Below are positions 26,612-40,300 of a stretch of DNA of 64,000 nt, in pieces. The stretch covers positions 28,520,001-28,584,000 of the forward strand of contig NC_043005.1 in assembly GCF_006345805.1 (NCBI RefSeq). Reading direction: 5' to 3'. Made by a program: the position numbers and the translations under genes. Numbering within the stretch: the stretch's first letter is position 1; every line of letters starts with the position of its first letter. The stretch is from Octopus sinensis (lineage: Eukaryota). Below the pieces are notes generated by a model. That model ran no database searches. It was not told the DNA's origin and was given only the letters and a program-made list of their open reading frames with translations.

Positions 26612-26958
26612 TACAGAGTGGAGCATAAAAAATCCAGGCTATATGTGATCATAGCGAGTGGAACATCAGAAGTGATAAAGTCCAAGTGAGGTGTATACCA
26701 TTGGCTACTCTTCAGCCCAAGGATAACTTGATTGATGCAAAGAGGGTTCAATCAAAATGTGTGGAGGGCACACATTCCAATTGAATCCTCTTTGCGTCAG
26801 CATGTACCCACTTGCGACAATGTAGCCTTTAATCTAATTAAGTTATCCTTGGCCTGAAGAGTGGCTGGTGGTATACACCTCACTTGGACTTTACCACTTC
26901 TGAGGTTCTACTCACTATGAAATATATGTAGCCTGGATTTTTCCTTCTCCATTCCGTA
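26612..26958. mobile_element. Fold-back element with a hammerhead motif in each arm (Penelope pLTR-like)
   Basis: 26612-26763 is the reverse complement of 26769-26958, apart from a ~36-nt insert at 26800-26835; 5-nt loop GAGGG. Confidence 0.8.
26846..26937 (+). ncRNA. Type-I hammerhead ribozyme motif (slightly decayed)
   Basis: UCCUUGGC-CUGAAGA-GUGG...CUAU-GAAA-UAUAUG-UA-GCCUGGA. Stem I GGC/GCC plus UCC/GGA; near-palindromic stem III; GUA triplet. Confidence 0.65.
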
Positions 26959-29331
26959 GGATTTCTTCTAGGCATTACCCATCATTCTTGTGTTTGGCTG
27001 AAAGGCTGTATTTATTCCGTCTTCATCTATTGTTTCAAATTACATTTCTTTACTTTCGTACATCCCCCTGTCTTGTCTCGTTTGCTTGAGCCTTAATTCT
27101 CCGCAAATTTTGTGGGTGCCGCCAATATACGAAGTTCTTATTCTTATCGTTAAAGGTACAAAACTGAGTATTAGTATTTTTGGTTGATAACTGATGAAGA
27201 ATTAGGGTCCTTCTGTGTCTTTCCTACGTGTACGTTTGATAGTATTTAATGCATTTTTCATATATATATATGCAGCACAGATTTTTGTCAGTGAACAGGT
27301 CACGGTCTTATAGTGACGAAAATATTTTGACAAATTAAACTTAAATGTTGAAGTGAATCAAACGGCTTTTGTGTGTTTCTTAAATGGCTTACAAACACCT
27401 TCCACGCTGCAATTATTTTCGTTTCAGCACACGATCTCAGATCAAATCACTTGCTATGCAAGTACATCTCCGTAAATATATATATATATATAATAGACTT
27501 CTTTCAATTTCTCTGTACCAAATCCACTCACAAGGCCATGGTCTGCTCAGGACTATAGTGAAGACACTTGCCCATGGTGCCACTCTGAAACTGAACCCAA
27601 AGTCATATGGTTGAGAAGCAAACTTCTTAAGCACTAAGCCACACCTATTACCTCAGTTCATTAGAAATTGGTTTTAAGTTATTTAGAAATGTATTTTTGG
27701 CTGGAAGAATGGTTTGCTCTGTTATTGAAATAGTTGATGTCTTTAGCTCAGTCTTTATATTCCAGTAGGTATAAATGATTTACCTTACACGCCCTTACTG
27801 CAATTAAAGTTTTGGAGAGGAATAAATCATATTGATATTATTGCTAGCAATATAGTATTAGTGAATTCAAAGATTTAGTTTTCAATGGCTCAATAATGAA
27901 TAATGAATGATAATAATTAATAATGAATAATAAATGATAATAATTAATAAGATGTCATGTGCTTTTATACTTTGGTTGCATATTTCATCTGTTATTCATC
28001 ATGCCATTCATCATCATAAACCAAAATCATTACAACTATAAAAGGCAAAGATTTCCAGAATACTTCCATTACAATGTTTTCTGTCTTTTTTTTTCCTTCT
28101 TTTTCTTCTCTTCAATGCAGTTCCTAAGACAATTTTATTTCCATGTTTCCTTGAATCTTGCTTAGTTTCCTCCTATTGTTCTCGATGTCATGAAACATAA
28201 AGTATATTGTACATGGTTCAGTACATTACTGAAGAAATTCCACATAGAGGGAACATAAACTGTGCTACATGTTTGTGGAAGTAAATAACATGTATAGAAA
28301 GCAAAGGACACAAACTGTGCTACAAGCGTAAAAGTAAAGAATATAAGCTGTGCCAACAATGATGATTCTTTTGAGTGAAGTTAGTGACTTATTCATTCAA
28401 GTGCGACACGTACTGTTTCTCTTTTTAGCTTCCACACACATGTAGAAGGATTTGTGATCTGTATTTTTACATATGTATAGCACAGTTGGCATTCTTTATT
28501 TCTACATACATGTAGCAGGTTTTTGTTTGTTTTTTCCAAACATGTAGCTCTTCAGTAAAATTAGTTGCTAACTTCACTTGAAAGCAGAGCTATCCTTTCC
28601 TTTTTCTCCAGATATTTTAATGATACGAATGCCAATCTTATTTCATTATTCTCTAAATACCAACTCTTTGAGAATTCAGGTAATTTATGTAATCTACAAG
28701 ATGAATCTAGTTTTAATAGAATTTCTTCAATTCTTAAAATTTTATTTTTTAACCACAAATTAATCTCAGGATAATTACCAAGTGATTTCGTTTCTAAATG
28801 AAACACTTATACAACTCGTACCGAAGTATTTTTAAAAGTAAAAGTCTGTTAAATTTTCAGAATGTTTCCACACATCATATATTAGAGCTAGAAAGTTAGA
28901 AAGCTGTCATGTAATGGAGATTTAACAGGACACTGTATCTATGTAATCAAATAAGAACCATTTCTCTTGAGTGCTCTGAAATCTAATAGCAGATGATATG
29001 GCATTAAACAAACTGCTATCCATATGACCAGTCCGCTGCCTTTAGAGACAACAATTGCAATATTGGTCTGAACTGCTGGCTTTGTTATTTCACTGCTTAT
29101 TCCATGCTATTATATTAATAACATTGTGACATTTCTATGGCTCTTGTATTGTCTGATAAGTGTTTTGCTAATTATCATCTTAAATTAATTATATTTGCTT
29201 ATATTTTTCTGTTTATTGAATCAGTCCCAATACTATTTAGGTCTACAATACACTTGTTTTATCTTAAACAGAAAGCACTTAATGGTATTTGTTAGCTATT
29301 TCTCTTTTAAGAATATCTTAATAAAAATGCA

Positions 29332-29367
<36 letters not shown>

Positions 29368-31929
29368 GAGTAACGTCTCTTTTATTGATATAACTATAAA
29401 TTTCACACCAATTGATTCTATAATGATGATGGATCCACCATCAGTTTTGATGATAAGCAATCAACTGAATTATCTCTGCATTAAATTAACAAGTATGTGG
29501 CTGAGTATTCCACAGATGTGCATGCCCTTGATGTAACTATCAGGCAGAACCAGTATAACACAATATGTGATGAGTCAGGATGTTTTGAATTACCAGAACA
29601 ATTGATTCAGCAGGTTTCCTTACAATTTCCACTTGCTCACCTTCACTCTGTGAGGCTATTGACCTGAGGCTGTGTAATAAAATATATTTTCCCAAGTTTG
29701 CTACACAGTGAAATCGAACTTGAGATCTCATGGTTGCAAAACAAACTTCTTAACTGTTTGGCCATATCTGAATCCAGATGATTATGTATTATTAGGTTGG
29801 ATAAGATTAAAGTGAATGTAAATCATTCTAAGATAAATGCTATAAAAGGTGTATGGGCATGTTAGATACACTAAGAACTTTTTCCTGGTGAAATTGGGGT
29901 GTATGAACCCTTTAGCCCAGATATTCCTAACTGTTTTAGCTCAAACTGGCCAAATCTGACCTCTTACACCTGCCCTACAGTGTCATTCTAAAAATAAAAA
30001 AATCTCATCATTGATTTCTGCTAGCTTTTTGGAATCCACAAAACGACACTACAGCCAGAAGCCAATAGCCAAAGCTGAAAGGAGACAATCATTTACCTTC
30101 GTGGTTCTTTAGTGACCAAAAGCTCAAGCATTGAGCTTGGCCAAAGCTCAATGGTTAATGGCAAAGGGAGGTAATCACCAAGTATTTACCTTTATAGTGA
30201 GGCATTTCCCCCTCCATATTTTGAAGAGGTCTTAGGCCAGCAGTGTTTAGAGTCTGAAGATATACCATAATACTCTCCTGCTCAACAAACATTACTTCTT
30301 ACCTCAGATAACCCTTGCGTGATGAAGGTTGGGGAAAGGGTGTTATTGTGGGATGCTATGGATGTGTTGTTGATGAGAAGTTGTGGGTTCTGTTGAGGGA
30401 GACTGTAGGCATGTTACTGATAGAGTTGTAGAGTGTGTCTGTGTGGGATGTTATTGAAAGTGTTGTGGAGTGTGTATGGAAGGCTAAATTTTTTATAAAA
30501 TGTAAAAAAAATTTAAAAGTTTGTTCAAATTTTTAAATTTGTAGAAATCTCTGACCAAATTACATTAGAATAACAGCTAAAACAAAACAGCAAGTAATTA
30601 GCAGACATGATTTTCTTGTCTTATTTGCTATATATTTTGTCAAAACAAACAAGTTTCTACAAGGTCACTAGACCTACTAACCATAACAAATATCTTTTTA
30701 ACATAACCATCAAAGGAACCTCTACATGGAGACATGATCTGCTAGCAATAACAGTTAATGTTTATCATTTCAGAAATGATCAAATATATTGCAGAAGTCT
30801 GTAATTTTCTTTAAGGCTTTACTGGGGTTAGTGGATAGCAAAACAAATACTAAAAATTCAATAAACAAAACATGCATACACACACACACTGTATACGTGT
30901 GTACTTACACACACACACACACACACACAATGTATACATGTGTACTTACACACACGTCATACTTAACAGACATGTTTACATATACATCACACTTACATAC
31001 ACACTGTGCTTATATACATCATGGTTATTTATATACATGCTGACTTACATAGATGCATACATGCTTACTCAAGTGTGTATTTACAATACACATATGTGTG
31101 TTTGTGTGTTTCTTTGCTTTTTCATGTACATACATGCCTAGTTTCATATGTACATGGGTGCATATTCACATGTATACATACTTTAGAATTTATACACGTT
31201 AACAAAAGTAAAAGAAATTGGTGGAATGTACCCATTTGAACATCAAGAAAATGTAAACATAACAGAACAGACGTGGTTGTTCTTGGACAGAGAATTATAA
31301 ACATATACAGCTGCACAAGTTAGTTGGAGATGTAAATATTTTTTTTCTAGAATAAATGAGAGAACACCAATGGAGAACTAATGAGGAATTTACTAATTCT
31401 GTGAATTTACTCATTCTGTTCTTACCATTTGACTTAATATTTGTGGTTGTTGTTACTGGGTCACTTTGAAATGTTGATAACTACCTTATCGTCATAAGGA
31501 GCATTGTCGTAACGTCCACTTTTCAATGCTTGCTTGGATCAGATGGAACTTGTAGAGGCAGATTTTCTACAGCTGGATGCCCTTCTTATCATCAACCTTC
31601 ACCTTTTTCCAGGCAAGTAACATTTTCCCATTGGTCTTACATGTTTTTCACAGAAGACTGGAAGTGAGCTGCATTGCTTATGTGATGGATACACAATCAA
31701 ACATAATGCAATAGATTTCTTTCAGCTTTTATCTGGCAAATCTACTTTGGTCAGCCCAAGGCTATCATAAAAGACACTTGCCCAAGCTACCTTGCAGTTA
31801 AACTAAACCTAAAAACCGCATGGTTAGGAAGCAAGTTCCTTAACCACACACCTGCACCTACTTCAATACTAGAGTATTTTTCCATAAATTAGGCTTCTTA
31901 AAAATGGAAAGAATTTAATTAAATCTTAA

Positions 31930-32153
31930 CCCTTTACCATTCCAATTACTCTGTCAAATATGATGCTTATTTATTCACATTATATTGACTTAATCCTGCA
32001 TTAATTATCTCATAAATTCAAGATTTTGATGATGTGGTTGTTCATTTTTAGAATGACATTGTAGGGTAGGTGTGAAAGACTGGATCTGGCCAGTTTGAAC
32101 ATAAAATATGTAAAATATTTGGTCCTGATATGACCAATTTATATACTAAGGGG
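31930..32153. mobile_element. piggyBac-type MITE (CCCTTTAGCA-like TIR family)
   Basis: TTAA|CCCTTTA...TAAGGGG|TTAT; reverse-orientation relative of 45542-45761. Confidence 0.65.
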
Positions 32154-32567
32154 TTATGTAAAATAATTATTTCACAGATAGGTACAAAGCTATAAATATT
32201 TGGGGTGTTTAGGAACAGTTATTCATCTAATCGATGCAAGCATGGAAAAACAGGTGTAAAACAAATGAACAAACAACATTTGATGACTAGCCCCCATTAT
32301 GACCCCCATAGTATAACAACTGAGTTTTATATGGGAAACATTTCTTCAGCTGTTTAAATCTTCTTCCGTTGTAAAATCTAAAATATGTCCATTGTGTTGT
32401 TCAACTCCAGGTCAGCTCTGATTGAGAGACCTGTGGTCAAAGGGGTTTAAATTTGATTGTTTTGCCATTTAACAGGCTTGGGATATCTAGGAATACGTTA
32501 TCTAATTTGTTCTTTCTGGACAGACATGTAATTTCAGGGAGATTCTGTTATCATATATGTATATATA

Positions 32568-32641
<74 letters not shown>

Positions 32642-33379
32642 ATATATATACATACATACATACATACATGACTGATTCCTGTGCCGCCTGACTGGCACCT
32701 GTACCAGTGGTATGTAAAAAGCACTATCTGTATGTGGCCAATGTCATTGCCGCCTGACTGGCTCCTATACCAGTGGCACATAAAAATACCCACTACACTC
32801 TTGGGATGGTTGGCATTAGGAAAGGCATCCAGCTGTAGAAACCTTGCCAAATCAGATTGGAGTCTGGTGCAGCCCCCCCCCAGCTTGCCAGTTCTCAGTC
32901 AAACCATCCAACCCATGCCAGCAAGGAAAGCAGACATTAAACAAAGATGATGATGTATACATATATATACATACATTGTGTGTGTGTGTTCCTTTCACAC
33001 TACTTGGTGTATTTATATCACCATAACTCAATAGATGAAACATTAATAAAGATGATAAATTTCATTGTATTATACTGTACAGACTTTAGCCAACACTTAA
33101 GGTTATAGACAGATGTGAACACCTTGTCTCTTTATGTGCAGTAAGTGTGTAGATAGAAAATAGGGATCTTTACTGATAATGCAATAGTTATTAATCAAAT
33201 GAGTTACCAAGAATGCATTGTATATGCAACTTGGGCTGTTTGATTTATTTAGGTTTTAGTAGCAATGTTTTTAAGTTGTGTCTCCATGAACAGTTGTCGA
33301 TGGGGACAGAGGGAAATGCAGTGAACAGGGAGCATGGGTGGAGGTATGGGCAATACAATGATAAACAAATACCCAGCAT

Positions 33380-35390
33380 GAAATATAACCAAGATATTGC
33401 TGATTTTGAAAGTAATGACATCATGTGTAAAAGTGACAAAATTAATGCATTCATAATTGAGAATAAGATGAATATTTTGCAAAAACTAAACAGTTTATTC
33501 ATCAACAAAAATTTATTACAATTAAGATAATGCCATCCAATTAAAAGTTAAACTAATTACTTAATAAGCACACAGCTAAAAGCCTCTTGTTCAGCTACTC
33601 CCCTCCTACACTGAAGAAGAATTCACTCCAGCAGATATCTACACAAACAAAACAACCCCACTCTACCCATATCTCAATTATAACACCAATACCCAAGATC
33701 ACTAAAGCAATCAGATAACATTATCAAACTACATACTGGAAAGATATGGAATATAGTCATCTGAAGAATTCTTGGAGGTTTTAGAAGGCAATGAAGTAGA
33801 CAACTTTTCCATTCTAGATTTATAAAGTCTGTTTACTAGAATTCCAGTGGCAGAAATAATGGAAATCATATTAAATGTATTCAAACATCCATGTATAAAA
33901 ACAACCCATGATACAAGCTATTAGGGTACTTTTACAAGTTAGGTATTCTTTCAATGCCTGCAAGACAAATTATATAAGCAAAAAAGTTGTTGTAGCCATA
34001 GGTTCTCCATTTGATCACGTGTTTGTGGCATTCTTTGTGACAACAATTAAAAACAGTGTTACCATGGCAGAAATGTACAATATATACAAGGCATGTGTAT
34101 ACTCATAGTGAACACACCAGTCGACATTGAAAGATGACCTAGAAAACAACTGTACTAAAATTCAACATTCAGAATAATGTAAATAAAACTCTAGTAATAC
34201 AATGACTCCATTTCAGAACTTAATCTTTCAGGTAGAAGATAAGATACATCACGTCCATTTACACCAAAGACAAATAAAGGCATATATTTTGCCTGGTGAT
34301 GGTGAATGTCCACACAAATACAAAATGTCAGTGGTAAAATCCCTACTTTAAAAAGCATTTAGGTTCTCTTCCACAAACAAAGCACTAAATAAAGAAAGCC
34401 ACAAAATAAAGCAAATATGCATTAACAACTGGTCTTCCAAGAAACATTAATTTGAGTGAACACTCATTGTTAATTTGACCAAGTTTTAAAACATTACCAT
34501 TGTTGTAACAACTACTTTTCCATGCTTGCATGGGTCAGGCAAGAATACATTAGAACAAAGTTTGTATGACTGGATGCCCTTTGTTTCACTCCACCCCCAT
34601 TGCTTCCAAATGGAGTAATAATCTCCCAGTCTATTTGTCAATCCAGACATGTTTTATGTGGAGAACAGGAAACAAAGGATGCTATATGATTGAGCCCTTT
34701 GTTTGCCATGATTGTGCAACATGTCGAGACATAAGAACCCTGGACATGCTTTTGTCTTGGACTGCAAGCAAATGATACTGTCAGGAAGCCATTGTCTATG
34801 AACCAGCAAAGGTGAGGGAAATATGAACATGCACAAACACATGTACACAGATTCACAAATACATATGCAATACAGAAAGACAACGCAGATACAAATATAC
34901 ACTTTTGTTAAACATATACAATGCAACAGATATATCAGATGCTGTGTTTTTTTAAAAATACATAAACTACATATAAAATATATGGTTCAAATATATATGA
35001 ACTATAGAATATAACATGTTATGAAAAACCTAATAAAACAACATAAAATGTATTACATCAAGTTATCTTCAATAATGCACTACAAAAAAGAAACAAAACT
35101 CTTCCAAAATTCAGAACCTTCTTATCAATAACAAATACAAGCATGTAAAACTGTGAATGTGCTACTAATGACCAACATGATTTATAAATTCAGTTGCAAA
35201 CATGAAAGTTATAAACTTTATGATTTCAACTTGGCTATGTGCATAGAACACTATCACCAGCTCACCATTGACTTATGATGATGAACAATTGTGAGGTACT
35301 AACCACAATATAGAACAAAACTAGACAGGGAAACCTAAGTGGGTTCTCTGCAAAAAAGACAAATGTTGGAAACAATATTTATTATATAGC
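33380..35390 (+). mobile_element. Penelope-like retroelement relic (RT + GIY-YIG), interrupted by a SINE/simple repeat at ~34500-34980
   Basis: DIMCKSDKINAFII, LHKQNNP, LDL*SLFTRIPV, VAIGSPF, GECPHKYKMSVVKSLL, HKIKQICINN, NMIYKFSC...GYVHRTL appear in PLE order. Confidence 0.85.
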
Positions 35391-36222
35391 ACAATGCTAA
35401 AATATATGTACACATAAGAAACACAGCTGTAACCTACACCAGTGTCGCATAACCAGCACACTCAAAAGTACCTTGGATCGTAGGGTGACATGCCGTGCTT
35501 GAGGAGACCTACTGAGTCAAGGACATCAATATCAAAATCAAATCAAATGAAAATTGTAGCTGTGAGCCCCGTGCCACTAACACATAAAATGCACCATCCG
35601 AACGTGGCTGATGCCAGCTTCTCTGGCCCCTGTGCTGGTCGGCCCGAGGCTATAGTAGAAGACACTTGCCTAAGGTGCCATGCAGTGGGACTGAACCCAG
35701 AACCATGTGGTTCGTAAACAAGCTACTTACCACACAGCCACTCCTACGCCTATTGACAAGTAGTAATGATAATAATAATAATAAAATAAGTAAAAAAGAG
35801 CCTGTGTGTGTGTTTCTTATTGGCATAATAACTATCCCAAGATAGAACGAAAACAGCCTACATCTCCTTGTGTAGGTAAACTGTCAATCTCTTCAGATAA
35901 ATAGTTGTGGATCACTCCAGTCATATCGGTTACAAATATGTTGATGAACATGTTCCTTAATTGCTATGTTTATAATTGAACAGCTACCTTTGCGTAACTT
36001 TTTAGTATAGTTATTTGGTATTGCTATGTCTGTAATTAGAAGACTGTTGCTTTTGTCACAGGTGTCATTGATGTCTGGCTTATTATTTTAACTGTATGAT
36101 TCACTGCACAAAGCAAGTGCAGCTCCATGTGTCCCAGCTGTGTTGTTTCTCTCTTGTATTGGCAGTACTCTATATAATGCAATGCTTTGTGATGCTATTT
36201 TGTGTCCCTATGACATATATAC

Positions 36223-36254
<32 letters not shown>

Positions 36255-36399
36255 GTTAGTGTGTGTGTGTGTATATAATTAATTGTTAATTGACAAGTTT
36301 CATATATATCACTGTATTGACCAAACTTTTGGATATTGTTATACACTGCTGATCACTATGCACTTCTTTGCACTGTTGTAGCTTTTGAATGATGTCACC

Positions 36400-36580
36400 C
36401 TGCTGCTGGTTTAGTGAGTAGAATGGCAGTCCATTTCAGAGTCTCTAATTTACAGCTGAGTGAACTGGAGCAGTGTGAAATGAAGTGTTTTGCTCAAGAA
36501 CACAATGTAATGCCAGTCAGGGAATCAAATGTAAAATTGCAAGATCATGAGTGCAACGCCCTAACCACTAAGCCATGCGC
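36400..36580 (-). mobile_element. tRNA-derived SINE (family also at 60497-60890 +)
   Basis: Minus strand TGGCTTAGTGGTTAGGG...TGTGTTCTTGAGCAAAACACTTCA matches the 60.5 kb copy. Confidence 0.75.
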
Positions 36581-37146
36581 CTTTGAGGGTGTGTCCTGGC
36601 ACAACTTCACCATCTTCTCTTTCTGTCTTCTATTGAGGTGGCCATGTATCTCCTCTACAGCATGACACTTGATCAATCTAGGTCAGGATTGCCTAGATGA
36701 GGGTGTATGTTGTTAGCCCCAAAACAACAGGTGATTCCCAAGATACAACACTGATGATGTGTCCAAACATTGCATCTGTAGATGTATGTTGAATAAGTGT
36801 TATATTCTTATTTTCTCAAATTCTTTAAAATCATTAGAAAACTAGTTTACTTCATAATTTTTTAATTATAATATTGGTTATTAATTTTTCCTTAATAAAT
36901 CTAATTATATTCTTATGGCATATTTAATAAAATCTTCTTTAAAATTCATATTACATTTCACCTAATTCAACATGGCTTTCATAATATAAAGAGTGGTTCT
37001 TTGCCCTTGGTTTTATTAAACCCTTTTGAACACCAACCTATTCACACCCACTCTTATTAATCTGTTCATCGAAATTATAATTTTCGGACTATTTACATCA
37101 TATTTAGAATGCATAAATATATTTGCACCTTTTTTCATTTCTTCAG

Positions 37147-37309
37147 TCGTTATCAGGTGTCTTATTACTCAATATGTACACCACTCACAGGTTGGATTCA
37201 AATGAGGAACTTTTGTCTCTAAAAGCAAATTGTAAACATCATTCATAGTCCTTGCTTAGAATGAAGACACTTGATGCTGATTGACGCCATATACATATCT
37301 AACAATGAG
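37147..37309 (+). other. Candidate non-coding (5'UTR) exon
   Basis: TTTTTTCATTTCTTCAG acceptor, GAG|GTAAAT donor, unique AT-rich flanks; stops in all three frames. Confidence 0.3.
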
Positions 37310-40300
37310 GTAAATAGCCTAGCTAAGTTTCATCTCAGTGAATAACAATTCACCTTACAATGATAAGGATTTAATCTGTTTTATATTTAAATTAAAATCC
37401 CAAATGAAATCTTGTTGAAAATCTTAATGTAAATCCAAATATGGATAAAACTGATTAAAAATTTTTTTTTTTTAATTACTAGTCACTAGGTTTTGGGATT
37501 TGGCTGTTCCTCATTCCTACCAGTAACGTCAGTATATACCCCTCAAGATCACCTGTTAGATATTTAATGCTAGAACATGATGATAATGCTGCAAGTGAGA
37601 GCAGTCAATCATCTCAACCAAACATTTAATATTCTTATCTACTCTGGGCACAAGGCCGGAATGAATACTGTTTCTAATTTAAGCTCAAGGCCAGCAATTT
37701 TTTATCTGAAAGGGTTAGTCAATACCATCTGACCCCAGTATTTATTTGGTTTTGTATTTTATCATCACTGAAAGGATGAAAACCTCAATGAAATAGGCAC
37801 AAGGCCAGCAGTTCAGGGGTTTAGTGGATACCATCAATCCCAGTATTTGAATGGTACTTTATTTTATCAACTCTGAAAGGATTTAATATTGTAGACATTA
37901 TCATCAGTTTCATTTAATGTCTGTATTCCATGCTGGCAGAGATTGGACAGATTGACAGGATCTTATTTACCTGAGGATTGCATTGGTCTTCAATGTCTGC
38001 TTTGGCAATTTTTCTATGGCTGGATGCTCTTCCTCTTTACAGAATATACTGGGTGCTTTTTTCATGGCACTTGTGAGGTCACCAAGGAACTTGTAAAACA
38101 AGACCCTTTGACAGAGGGAGGTGGCTTTGTGCCAGATGTTTAGAGGCTAAAGTATGAAAGAGAAACATGAACAGGTATCTCGCTGTAGGAGAGATACATA
38201 GCTATCATAGCAGGAAAGAGAGAAAGGTTGATGGTTATCAGATATTGGGTGTACCCTCAAGGTACAAGAAGGTAAATAGAAAGTAGCATGGAGAACTGAG
38301 GATGGCTGGGTGGGTAGGTAGATTCACAAGAGTGTGAAAGACAAGTGACAGAGAGCTGAGATGAGGACAGAAAGGAAAGTAGTGTAAAGTGAACATGGAT
38401 TGAGATATGCGCAGTCTCTTTGAATTTATTTTGATTTGTCCAATGTTTTGAAGATTAGCTAATCAAAGATCAGCTCAAACAAAACAGAACCAAACCAACA
38501 ATAAGCTAAATATTCATACAAGGAGTTGCTTGTATCTTGTTGGAAATATTTCTTTCATATTTATAATTTTACTAAAACTTGATCAATAATTGTTTGCGTT
38601 TACTGTAAACCAATGCTGTTTCCTCAATAACTGATTGATTATATTTATTTTTTTATTGCCCGCAGAGGGGGCTAAACATAGAGGGGACAAACAAGGACAG
38701 ATAAAGGGATTCAGTTCATTACATCAAACCCAGTGTGTAACTGGTATTTATTTAATCAACCCCGAAAGGATGAAAGGCAAAGTTGACCTAAGCAGAATTT
38801 GAACTCAGAATGTAATGGCAGACAAAATACTGCTAAGCATTTCACCCAGCATGCTAACATTTCTGCCAGCTCACAGCTCTACTGATTGATTATATCGATA
38901 CTGTTACATATAAGATTAATAATGCTTTCAGCTTTACTGTAATATGCCACAGAATATTCTACATTTACATGAAACGCATATATTTTTGCTCTAATTCTAG
39001 TTAATGCCTTGTGGTGTGACTGTCATCATCATCATCATCATTTAGCATCCATTGTCTATGCTGGCATGAGTTGGATGATTTGACTAGGGCTGGCAAGTTA
39101 GAAGACTACACCAGACTCCAGTCTGATTTGGCATGGTTTTTTTATGGCTGGATGCCCTTTCTAATGCCAACCACTCCAAGAGTATAATGGGTGCTTTTAC
39201 ATGCCACCAGCACAAGTGCCAATTGTGTGACACCAGTATCTGCCATGACTGTGATTTTACTTGGCTTGACGGGTCTTCTTCTCAAGCATGACAAAATGCC
39301 AAACTTCTCAGTCATTTGTCATTCTTCTGTGAGGCCTAACTTTTCACATGCCATCAGCATCAGCCATTTTTCCTCCGTGAGGCCCAACACTCAAAAAGTG
39401 CTTTTTTCGTACCTGTTACATGATACCAGCATCAGCTACAACTACAATTTCATTTAGCTTGACTGGTGTCAGGTTCAGTCCCACTTCATGGCACCTCTTC
39501 TACAGTTGCTCTGTTTTGACCAAAGTTTTGTGAGTGGATTTGGCAGATCAAAACTGAAAAGAAACCTGTCGTGTATATCAATACATGTGTGTGTGTGTTC
39601 TTGTCTTGACATCATGTGATGGTTGTCAATGAGTATGACTGTCATATAAGTGATGTTGTTTATTAACATTCTTCCATAGAAAACATGCTTAGCCATGGGA
39701 ATATATTTTCTTGCTTGGAAACAAACAGGAGTTGGCAACAGGAAGACATCCTGCCTTAAAAAATCAGCCTCAAGAAATTCTTTCTAACCCATACAGGCAT
39801 GGGAAAGTACATATGAAATGATGATATTGTTTGCCACCATGCCAAACCAGACATAGGAACACAATGCAGTCTTCAGGTGCAAAGACCATCCTACTCATGC
39901 CAGCATAGGACATGGATGCTAAATGATTATGATGATGAGGATGATAGCAGTGTCAGTCATTAAATATCAAAGTTTTATTGAAATCTTTTTATTTTTGGCA
40001 AATAAATTATGGTGATGAGTATTAAATTTGATAACAAAACTAAATTAACAATTGAACTTTAAATAGGAAATAAGATTTTCAATAGCATAAAATAAAATTT
40101 ATAGTGGCATAATGTAATGTTATTTGAATGTCCACTTTTCCATGCTTGCATGGGTTAGATGATATTTGAAACAGACTTTCTACAACCTTGCAGAAATGTT
40201 AGTACACTGGATGAAATGTTTAGCAGTATTTCGTCTGTCTTTGCATTCTGAGTTCAAATTCCACTGTGGTCGACTTTGGCATTCATCCTTTCTAGGTCAA

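Noticed and set aside
27186-27215. GATAA-CTGATGA hammerhead start
   Set aside because: No GAAA or closing stems follow.
28561-28806. Overlapping 61-81 aa ORFs
   Set aside because: No recognisable family and no convincing splice sites.
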